DNA of 60,768 bases, filler included, from Jimgerdemannia flammicorona (taxonomy: Eukaryota), in NCBI GenBank assembly GCA_003990765.1. It is 3 parts of 3 records of this genome, joined end to end, with 100 filler letters (N's around TTAATTAATTAA, not from the genome) between each part and the next. Parts side by side here need not be neighbours in the genome. Positions count along the whole stretch, not along the records: positions 20,297 to 40,486 come from RBNJ01001739.1; positions 40,587 to 60,768 come from RBNJ01001740.1; 1 more part is not named here. One strand, written 5' to 3'. Of the stretch, positions 39,216 to 50,019 are shown one piece after another. The notes under the pieces are model-generated. The model was not told where the DNA came from, did no database searches, and saw nothing but the letters and a program-made list of their open reading frames with translations. Each line of letters opens with the position of its first letter. The first letter of the stretch is position 1. Position numbers and translations under genes: made by a program.

Positions 39216-40422
39216 ACTTCCTCTTTCTTCTCCTAGCTTCTCTCCCAGTCTCTCCCCAATAGACCCTCGCAGTCTCTTTTAATCTCATCCAATGGATACC
39301 CACTGACAAACCCTCACACCTCCAGTGAGAAACTTTTGCCTAAATGTCCTCTACCTATGAATCCCACAACCCCTTCTCAGCCAGCAGGAAGAAGTTGAGG
39401 TGCCAATGTCCAGGTCCATCTCCACTCCCCCCAAACTACCCCTGTCCCAACAGTCCCCAGTGATCAGACCATGAGCACCATTCCACCTCCAATACCTTCC
39501 AGACATCAGACCTCCAGTATGCCGCCATCAGAATCCAGTCAATCCTTATATCTAAGCCCTTCACCCAATACATGTAGACCCTGGAGTTACCCCATCGTAT
39601 TCTACTCCTATCCTTTAAGGAGCTCAGCCTCTCCACCTCCTCCCATGCATCCAGGCCTCTACTTCTCCCTTCTGTACTCCTCCCACCATCAGTGCGGTTC
39701 AGATGCTGATCCCAAACCATATTAAAGTCCCCCCCAAACACATCAACCCCTTCTACCAAGAGAACACCCTCCTCCAGTAGCTCCCCAATCCATACAATCC
39801 TCTCACCCCTAACCGCAGGACAGTAGCAAGAGCCAACCCTCACCGACTCTCACCCTGGCCACTGCCAATCTCCCCAGACCAAGTGGTCACCCTAGCTCCT
39901 AATTCCCTCTAAGTCACCTCTACTCTTCCTCACCAGAATCACCACTTTTCCAAACCAAGCAGTAGCCCCACCCCATTCCTTAGTCCACTTCACCTGATCA
40001 TCCTCATCCTCACATCGAATATCCTATAGTAAAAAGATATCAGCCTCCAATCTCTTGAGCCAAGTAAAAATGTTCTTATGCTATCCAGAACCCCTCAATC
40101 TATTCACATTCAAAGAGAAAATGTTGGTTGTACTGTTCATAAGGAATAATGTTAAAAAGTGATCCCATCCTCTACAAGTCTACATTCAGCTCCTCCTGCA
40201 CCAAGTCTAATTCATGTTCAGCAGCTAGTTTCTTTTCCCCAGCTTCCCATGCCTCTAACCCTCCCAGAAGTTCTACCATTGCCTCATCTTCTCTCTCCTC
40301 AAATTCCTCATGATACTCCAGACAAGCCTCCCTCCAGAGCTGCAAACCATGACACTCAGCCCAACAGTAGGTTGTCTGCTCACCCACAACCACCACCAAC
40401 TCTGCCTTCCTCTCCTCATCAA

Positions 40423-40424
<2 letters not shown>
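39216..40424 (-). mobile_element. LINE fragment (end of ORF1, ORF2 APE endonuclease), interrupted by B4
   Basis: ORF2 start MNSTTNIFSLNVNRL at 40140, GGDFNMV, RIDWIL, WSDHWGL; homologous to ~55210-56420. Followed by a poly-T run at 40425-40486, likely the tail of another retroposon. Confidence 0.88.
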
Positions 40425-40463
<39 letters not shown>

Positions 40464-40486
40464 CTTTTTTTCTTTTGTTTTTTTTT

Positions 40487-40586
40487 NNNNNNNNNNNNNN
40501 NNNNNNNNNNNNNNNNNNNNNNNNNNNNNNTTAATTAATTAANNNNNNNNNNNNNNNNNNNNNNNNNNNNNNNNNNNNNNNNNNNN
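40487..40586. other. Artificial assembly linker N44-TTAATTAATTAA-N44
   Basis: Same structure as 20197-20296. Confidence 0.95.
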
Positions 40587-41442
40587 AACCAAGACCTGTT
40601 ATCCTTGTACAACCACCGCCACTAAGGACAGCCTTAATCTTACAAGAGATAGAAGTGACGACACCTTGAAACTGATGATGTCGGAAGTCAGAAAACTACT
40701 CAGACTTTGCCAGTGATGATGTCATCAATAGTGATGTCATCAAGGACTAACCAGACAGTGCCTAAACCTATAAATAGCTTAGCAGTTATAGTATAGATAG
40801 ATTAGCCTTGTACGACGTGACTGTGAACTGACTCAGCAGTCAGACGATCTCTTGACATGTCAGATCACACTTGTACTACGTGACTGCACTTCGACTCAGC
40901 AAAGCACTTAGTGCTACATCCATATTCAGCATAGTCCAGATAGCCCCTCACTAGTATAAATACCCCCTCCCCCAGACCTCAGAATCTCAGACTCGAACAG
41001 ACAAGAACATTCCTGAATACTTCCCCAACAATACCCCTTCACATAAATACTCCTAGTATAGCAATATCATGAATAGCGAATAAACCTATTTCATAACCCA
41101 CGAACCACTCTTAAGTAAATCCGCTCTCTGTTAGGTCCTACTCCTAACCCCGTCACAAAATTTCCTAATTGGGTATTGTCTGCAGCGATATGCCGATTCA
41201 ACTAAGCTGGTCTTAGTTTCTTGAACTTCCTGAAATACGGAAAATCCTGAACATCCAGAATTAGTCCAGAAAAGGACTTTGGTTGAGACGTCAACCCAAT
41301 CTTGAAATCAATAAGCGTAGAGGACGTACTCCATACGAAATTGATCTTGACCATAAGAAAATGGTCTTCCAGAATATCCAGAACCTCGAGAAAACCCTTC
41401 TAGAACTACGTAACGGTTACCCTAAAAAGTAACCCTCTTACA
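40587..41442 (+). repeat. CpG-rich (young) family-A-type LTR 3' portion with a divergent upstream segment
   Basis: ~40730-41442 matches the reverse complement of 309-1020 and ends CCCTCTTACA; retains many CG dinucleotides. Confidence 0.85.
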
Positions 41443-42391
41443 AAGCAGAAGACAATGACTCCTCTGATGCCGATATGACCTCTAGTCAAGGATCTCTGCC
41501 AACTCTGATCACACTACCAATCTTGCTGATGAACTTACAATAATTCATAACAGCATATAAGACTTATTGGAACAATGACCACTAGCACGAATACCAACTC
41601 GCGTTCACCTCTGATTACTTCAACTACAATGAAAAGACCAGAGAATACAACCTGTACCTCCAGACAACCTTCGAGATTGAACCAACCACTCCACCACCCA
41701 AGTATGAGTGATATGAATCACAGCCACCAGCTTACTATAACTCTACAACTTATAGTGCTGTAACCTACAGAAGATATGCAGACAGTAAAACCGATGAAAG
41801 TGAAGATGATGCACCCCTCTTTCGCCCACCAACACCTTATCCAGTATATGAGACAGATGATGCTATTCTGTGGGATGGTGACAAAGTTCTAATATATTAT
41901 TATCTCAGTGAACAAGGAGAAGTAATCTGTGAACCACTCTTCCTAGATGACTACTTCATTAGAGATGATACAATCAATGGTGATGTCATTGAAGACTACC
42001 CAGATAGTGCCTAAACTTATAAATAGCCTAGCAGTTATAGTATAGTTAGATTAGCCTTATACAATGTGACTGTGAACTGACTCAGCAGTCAGATGATCTT
42101 TTGACATATCAGATCACTCTTGTACTACATGACTGCATTCTGACTCAATAAGGTACTTAGTACTACATCCATATTCAGTATAGTCCAGATAGCCCTCACT
42201 AGTATAAATATCCCCTCCCACAGACCTTAGAATCTCAGACTTAAATACTTGAACAATCCAAACACAACTCCTGAGTACTTCCCCACAATATCCCTTTACA
42301 CAACTACTCCTAGTATAGCAATATCATGAATAGCGAATAAATCTATTTAATAATCCACAAACCACTCTTAAGTAAATCTGCTCCCCATTAG
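41443..42391 (+). repeat. Older family A LTR fragment, including the 3' part of the LTR ORF (stop at 42014)
   Basis: Colinear with the reverse complement of ~617-1556; truncated at both ends. Confidence 0.88.
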
Positions 42392-45213
42392 ACCAAGACC
42401 TTTAAGTATGATATCTTCAAGAATCTCAGTCAACAAAAGGTCAATGCAACCTTTGGTCAGCTTGCAGAAATCCCAACATTCAGACAGCAAATGAGGTTTG
42501 GACTTGCCGAAACAACCAAGGAACAAGGATGGAAGATAACTGAGGCCAATAATGTTCAAGAGAACTCAGGAGAAGAAAGTGAGGACAATTGCAAAACCTC
42601 TGCTTATGCAATATACCAAATCAAAGATAGAACCTTTGAAGCCATCATTGATATGGGAGCAGGAGGATGTCTCCTCAGTAAGAAGGCAGCAGACTGCCTA
42701 GGTTGGGATGTGGAAGAAGCAACCAAGCTAGTATTCGTCACAGCCAATGGCATAAGAGCTACACCTCTAGGAAAGATCCGAGATGTTCCCATCAAGATCG
42801 GAGGAGCAACAATCCCAATAGATGTAATCGTAACCAATGCCACCAACTATGACATCCTTATCAACAATCAATGGCTTCACAAAGCCAAGGCAGTAATCGA
42901 TCTCAATACCCAGAAGATGCAAATCACCTACTGGGGACAGAAGATATGAATTCCCATCAATGTCAACAAAGGAGTCCTGCCCGATATGGAGGAAGAAGAG
43001 AGCAAGCAAGAGGAAGCTTATATGGTGACTACCCTAAAGAAGAAAAAAGTCAGATGGATGAGTGAAGAAGAATGGTGCAAGAAGATTACAAAAGGCTATG
43101 CCCCACAAGGAGTCTGTCCTCATGGAATCAAGATGTACTATATAGAGCATGTCAATGATTACTATCAGTGCACCATCAGAACCAAGAAGATCTACCAGGA
43201 AAGGAGGCAGAAAGCTCTTGAAAAACAGATCAGAGAGGAAGAGAAGGAGGAAGACAATGAACCACCAGCCCTCCTGGAGGACAGTGATGATGAAGAAGAA
43301 ATCAAGGTCAAGATTCGAAAAATCCACCCTGATGCAGTCTTGCCGGAATACAAGTCAGAAAATGCAGCCAGAATAGACATCGCTACAGTAAAAGAAACTG
43401 TACTGAAACCCCAGACAACCACCCTACTCGCAACTGGACTGGAGATGACCATACCAAAGGATCATGTCGGAATTCTCAAGACAAGAAGCAGCCTGGCTAG
43501 AAGCGAAATTACAATCGAAGGAGGAGTCATTGATTCAGACTATACTGGAGAGATTCTACTCATTGCTAGGAACCACAATTCTACAATTCCATTCCCAGTC
43601 AAGAAGAAGGACCAATTGGTACAGATGTTGATCTTTCCAATCATACAGCCAAGGATCATAGAAGTCAAGAATCTGGAGGAAATGAAAATAGGAAAGAAAG
43701 GATTCGGATCCACAGGAAGAGGAGTATTCACCAGTACCAAGATCACTGAACTCGAGCACAAGAAGGAGGAAAACATGAGCAAGCACAGTTACACCATTAG
43801 AGATGAATTCCCACTCAAGGAGAAACTCAAGAAAATACTCCACAAATTCAAGGATGTCCTTGCCACAGATTTCAAGGATATTAAGAGAAAGACCCTACAC
43901 TACTATCATGAGGTAGATACTGGAGACACTGAACCAATTTATCAGAAAGCAAGACCTGTCCCGCCAGCCTACTGAGAATGGCTCAGAGAAGAAATCAAGC
44001 AGATGGAAGAAGCTGGTATCATCAAAGAAGCCAGCAGCCCCTAGTCTTCACCAGTTGTACTAGCCCCAAAAAAAGGAAGCAAACCTGGAGAATTTGCCCC
44101 AAGGCTCTGTGTCAACTACAGAAAGCTCAATACAGTCACCAAGAAGGATCGCCAACCACTGCCGCTCATCAGCGACATTCTTATAACACTGGGAGACAAA
44201 GCACAGTACTACAGCACCTTGGACTTATACTCAGGATTCCACCAAATCAGACTCACAGAAGTGGCAAGTGAAAAGTCAGCCTTCATCACCCCAGATGGAA
44301 CCTATATCTATCTATAAATGCTATTCGGAATGTGCAATGCACTAGCAAGCTTTCAGCGAATGATGAACAAAATCTTCTACTATGACATGGGAAGATGGAT
44401 GATGGTCTATGTCGATGATGTAATCATCTACAGCAAGATGGCCAAGGAACATCTGCAGCACATACAGCAGATAATAGAGAGACTAAGACAACATGGCCTT
44501 TATATCAAACCCAAGAAGTACAAGTTTGTGGAAATCGAGATCTCCTATCTTAGCCATATCATCAATCGAGATAGAACACACATGGACTCCCTCAAAATAC
44601 AAGTGGTAGCAGCATACCCAAGGCCCACTACTGTCACAGAAGCCCAAGCCTTCATGGGACTTGCCTCCTACTATCGCAGATTCATTAGAGGATTCTCCAA
44701 CATCACAGGCCCAATCTACGAACTCAACAAGAAGGATACCAAGTTCCAGTAGACTGGCATACAACCTCAAGATCAGACTAACTCAGGCACCCATCCTCAG
44801 ACAACCCAATTGGACCCAAGAATTTATCCTTCAGATGGATGCAAGTGCATAAGAACTAGGAGCAGTCCTAGCTCAAAAAGAAGACAAAAAAGAGTATGTC
44901 ATTGCATATCTTAGCTACAGAACCCGAGGGGCTGAAAAAGAATACAAGTCCTATAAGTTGGAATGCCTTGCAGTCATCTGAGCTATGGAAAAGTTCCACT
45001 ACTATCTGGCCAGAAGATACTTCACCATCCAGACAGACCACTCAGCTCTCACCTGGCTACTGACAACCAGACAACCTAAGGGAATCTATGCCAGATAGAT
45101 AATGAAGTTACAAGCCTATGATGTAACCATCGTGCACTGCCCTGGAAGAACAAATTCCAATGCAGATGCTCTCTCACAGATACCTCAAACCACCTCCAAC
45201 CAACAAATCAATC

Positions 45214-46407
45214 ATGAATAAGGAGCTCTACTATGGAATTATCACATACCTGGGATAGCGAAAGATGCCCCAACATCTGGAAGAATGGACACAAATGATT
45301 ATCAACAGGACATAGAAACAATTCGAAACTGATGGAGAAACACTGAAGAAAGGAAAACTACTGGTCATACCAGAACACAAGAAGGAGTAAGTGATGAAAT
45401 CAGTACACGAACTTGGCCATCTAGGAGGAATGAATACATATGACAAGGCAAGAAGAACAATATGGTGGCCAGGGATGGAGGAAGATATCAGACAATTTGT
45501 CAAGACATGCAACAAATGCCAGAAACAGAAACAAGACCAACAGAATCAAGCCCCAGGATCAGCACACATAGAACCAGTACCATTTGCCCATATAGCAATG
45601 GATGTAATCGGCCCTCTACCCTTGACTCTGACTGGTAACTGATACATCATTGTCATCATAGACCTTTTTATGAAGTGGATAGAAGCAGGACCTCTCAAGG
45701 AAGCCAATGCACAGTCAATTGCCGATTTCTTCCACAAGGAAATCATCTGCCAGTTTAAGACCCCAACACAAGTAACTATAGACAGAGGAACAGAATTTAT
45801 GAACCAGCTCTTTGAGGTTCTCTACAAGAAGTACAAGATCCAGCACATTTGGACCACAGCCTATCACCTCCAAGGAAATGGACAAGTAGAAAGGACTAAC
45901 AAAACTCTCAAGAATGTTATCACCAAGATCTGTGATAACTATGAGAACTGGAATCACTATCTGCTAATAGCATTATCTGCTCTCCGGGATATCCAATCAC
46001 AAAGTACCCACTTTACCCCTCGAGAAATGCTATTCGGAGAAGAATGTTCTCAAGGAACCCTATCATCCAATGGAGATGCTGTATGGAAACATGTGGACAT
46101 GGAAATACGGAGACTACACCAAATCAGGAAGAAGGCTGAGGATTACATAACCAAGGTGCAGACACTACAATGGAGGAATGCGGAAAAGACCCACAAGCCC
46201 TTGGAGATTATCAAGATAGGAGACAAAGTCCTAGTATATCGGAATATGGTGGAAGCTTCATGGTCACGAAAACTGGAGCCCAAGTGGGAAGGACCTTACC
46301 TTGTGCAAGATATAAAAGAGACCACCTTTTGGCTATGAAAACCCTCAGGCACAATAATCTCCACCACCATTCACCAAAACTGACTTAAGAAATATCATGG
46401 CCAGTAA
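45214..46407 (+). pseudogene. Family C integrase, apparently a separate ORF
   Basis: Starts at ATG 45214, overlapping the RNase H frame stop (45219-45221); in frame with track ORFs 45391 and 45670; ends after GPY/F. Confidence 0.75.
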
Positions 46408-46858
46408 CAAAAGTACTACAATGGCACTCAAGATCACTAGTGCTGCCCAAAGAGCCATCGAAAGATAATGGCACACCACTGAGCCTCTGACTATAGAGCC
46501 ATACTATGAGGATATTCTGAGTATTGTGCAGACTCATCTCTCTCGGATCTCACACTTTAGAGCCTATCAATATTGGGCAGAATTCCAAGAGTACTTCAAG
46601 CTTGGACAGGTGCTCAATCAGGATCCAGCAAAGACCAAGGAGGACTGAATTGTCGAGTGTCAACTCTTCTACTCACAGATCACTATTGCCAAAAGGATCC
46701 ACAAGTTATTCCGAGAAGATGAAGCAGCAATAGACCACCTGAGAGGAGTAACCCCTACTGACTTCGAGAAAGTGAGAAGACATTATTGGGAAACAGACAT
46801 GCAGCAAATTGTATAGTACAAGACCATACAGACCATTGAAGCCTGGGAGTTTGAATAG
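46397..46858 (+). pseudogene. Family C 3' accessory ORF3 (~153 codons)
   Basis: MASNKSTTMALKITSAAQRAIE...YFKLGQVL...IAKRIHKLFREDEAAIDHLRGVT...WEFE*; three internal stops consistent with C>T; motif shared with the A and B accessory ORFs. Confidence 0.68.
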
Positions 46859-46895
46859 ATGCCTCAAGGATGAGACCATCTATTCAGGAGGAAGT

Positions 46896-47353
46896 TGTGA
46901 CAGTACAGCCAAATTTGGAAGAAGGAAATAGGGAATAGACACTTGATTGCATCCATTCCCAAAGTAGTATAGCCTTATAGTTAGCAGTCCTCGATTTCGA
47001 CATTGTCTAAATTTTAGACATTATCCAAATCGAATACTCCGATTTAGTATAGCATTTAGACATTGTCCAAATATTTCGACAAAGTCCAAATGACTCATTT
47101 ATTACTTAGCCACCCTCTCATAGCTAGCAAACTTGTATAAATAATCCAGTATCTTTGAGTGAATAAACCTCAGATCGAAATAGTTCAAAAGCAAAGAGAT
47201 AGCAAAGGAACTAGTAAGCCTGCAGGCAGATACACTTCGAACTCACCTACTCTCCCCTGCCACTTCAAGAGACTCTGCGAGAGTCAGAACAGTCAAGTTT
47301 TCAAGATACAGAAATCCGACATACTTTCAAGAGTAAGCATCCGCTATGTTACA
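46896..47353 (+). repeat. Family C 3' LTR (458 bp)
   Basis: TGTGACAG...TGTTACA; TATAAATA and AATAAA inside; homologous to 49762-50019. Confidence 0.88.
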
Positions 47354-50019
47354 ATAGTCAGAATTGATGACTCCTCCTTCAATTGTAATTTCGCTTCTGG
47401 CCAGGCTACTTCTTGTCTTGAGGATTCTGACATAATCCTTTGGATAGTCATCTCCAGTCTAGTTATGAGTAGGGTGGTTATTTGGGGTTCTAGTACAGCT
47501 TCTTTTACTGTAGCGATGTCCATTCCAGCTGCATTTTCTGACTTGTATTCTGGCAAGACTGCATCAGGGTGGGTCCTTTGGATCTTGACCTTAATTTCTT
47601 CTTCATCATCACTATCCTCTAGGAGGGCTAGTGGTTCATCATTTTCCTCCTCCTTCTCTTCTCTGATCTGTTTTTCGAGAGCTTTCTGTCTTCTTTCCTG
47701 GTAGATTTTTTTGATTCTAATGGTGCACTGGTAACAATCATTGATATGCTCTATATAGTACATCTTGATCTCATGAGAACAGACTCCTTGTGGTATATAG
47801 CCTTTTGCAATCTTCTTACACCATTCTTCTTTACTCATCCATCCAACTTTCTTCTTCAGAGTGGTCACCATATAAGTTTCCTCTTGCTTGCTCTCTTCTT
47901 CCTCCATATCAGGCAATACTCCTTTATTAACATTGATGGGAATTTATATCTTCTATCCCTGGTAGGTGATTTGCATCTTCTGGGCATTGAGATCAATTAC
48001 TGCCTTGGCTTTGTAAAGCTATTGATTGCCGATAAGAATATCATAGTTGGTGGTATTGGTTATGATTACATCTACTGGGATGGTTGCTCCTCCAATCTTG
48101 ATGGAGACTTCTTGGATCTTTTCCAGAGGGGTGGCTCTTGTGCCATCTGCTGTGACAAAAACCAACTTAATTGCTTCTTCAACTTCCCAGCCTAGGCAGT
48201 CTGCTGCTTTCTTGCTGAGGAGACATCCTCCTGCTCCAGTATTGATGATGGCTTCAAAGACTCTATCTTTGATTTGGCATATTGCATAGGCAGAGGTTTT
48301 GCAATTGTCTTCACTTTCTTCTTCTGAGTCCTCTTGAACATTATTGGCCTCAGTTATCTTCCATCCTTGCTCCTTGATTGTTTTGGCAAGTCCAAACCTC
48401 ATTTGTTGTCTGAATGTTGGGATTTCTGCAAGCTGACCAAAGGTTGTATTGATCTTTTATTGGCTAAGATCCTTGAAGATATCATACTTAAAAGTCTTGG
48501 TCTTGTGAAGTTTCTTTTCTTTTTCTTCTTCACTGGCTGGGGTAGTTTCTTAGATAATATCTTGAACTGCTTGCTCTAGCTCCATATCTTGGTCCATCTC
48601 TTCGGCTTGACTTTCAGTAGCCATTTCTATCTACTTTTCTACTAGGTTCTTCTTGGGTCTTCTTGGTGGTCTCTTGTAGAGTTCCTTGCGAACATCCTTC
48701 TTAGTAGTCTGAGCAGAATAGGCCTCCCATTCTTCTTCATCAGAATCTTCAATTTCCTTGAAGGTAATTGTATTGGCCTGCTCCTTGTTTCATATAGCAT
48801 TGCTTGATTGAGCCTTGTGCTTGGTTTCGCTCATATATTTATAGGAGTAGTGGCCTTCTTCTTGACAGGTATAGCAGGTACCTTTCTTCTTGTCCGAGGT
48901 GGCAACAAACTTCTGAACTAGGCGGCAGTTTCTTCCTTGGATTTCTTTTACCATGTCTCTCAGATGGGTGATTATTTCAGCGAACCTCTTGGCAAGTTCC
49001 TCTATAGGGTCACTGTTCTTTTGCTGCTCTATAGTTTTTGACTGAGGTGTGTTTCGATTGATCATTATAGTAGAGATCATACTGGTTGCCTTGGGTGTTT
49101 CGATTCTGACTCCTGTGATTCTTTTCATTGTATGGTCTTGTGAGTGTCTGGCTGTTCAATATCGCTGAGCATAGGTGACCTTCTGTGGCAGATCTAAGAC
49201 TACTGGTGATGAACATATGGCCATGGCTATCTCTGGGCGAACTCCTTTCATAAAGGTTGCTTCAGCTACTTGATCTTAGATAGCAGCAGCATAATCTGCA
49301 AGGATTATCTGATATCGAATTCTGGTATAGAATGTGTTTGGATCCTCACTCATTCCTTAGCATGTTGTGTTGAGCTGATCCTTCAGAGCTTACTTGATCT
49401 TGTCTGTATAATATGTATTTCAGAGCCAGGTCTTCTGTGCTGTCAGTATAGTATCAGCATCATTTTCTACATAGGTTGCAGCTATGAATACTGCTCGGGC
49501 AGGACCTCATAGGCTGAAGGGCATGAGGACTACTTGCTGTGCTGCTGTCAGGGTCCTTACAGTGGCATATTGCTTGAAATCATCAATGAAGGTAATGATT
49601 GATTCATCTGAGATATATTTGTGGAATACTGGTGGTCTCATATCCATTTTGTCTGGATATTGTGGCTCAGTTTGTGTAGTTGCTCAGGTAGTGATAGTTG
49701 TTTGTTGTTCAGCTTAAAAGTGAGGGATTTGTCTTGAATTACCAGCCAATGGGCACCAAGTTGTAATGTAGCAGATGCTTACTCTTGAAAGTACATCAGA
49801 TTTCTGTATCTTAAATACTTGATCTTCTCTGACTCCTTGGAGTCCTTGGGATGCAGAGATGGATGAGTTCGAAGTATATCTGCCTGCGAGCTTACTAGTT
49901 CCTTTGCTATCTCTTTGCTTTTGAACTATTTCGATCTGAGGTTTATTCACTCTAAGATACTGGGTTATTTATATAAGTTTTGCTAACTATAAGGTAGCTA
50001 AATAATGGCTCATTTCACA
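47354..50019 (-). mobile_element. Family C copy C2, 5' part (LTR 49762-50019, PBS 49746-49758, gag with CCHC, PR, partial dUTPase), interrupted by C1
   Basis: Track ORFs 48790-49128 (CYTCQEEGH), 48019-48402 (PR), 47344-47916; PBS TGGTGCCCATTGG. Confidence 0.9.

Larger units (their letters stand above)
42392..47353 (+). mobile_element. Ty3/Gypsy family C copy C1 (PR-dUTPase-RT-RH, INT, ORF3, 3' LTR); no chromodomain
   Basis: AIIDMGAGGCL (PR), GGVIDSDYTGEI..KKGFGSTG (dUTPase ~43300-43715), VYVDDVII (RT), MDVIGPLP/DRGTEF/GNGQVERTN (INT), PPT AGGAGGAAGT then TGTGA. Confidence 0.93.
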
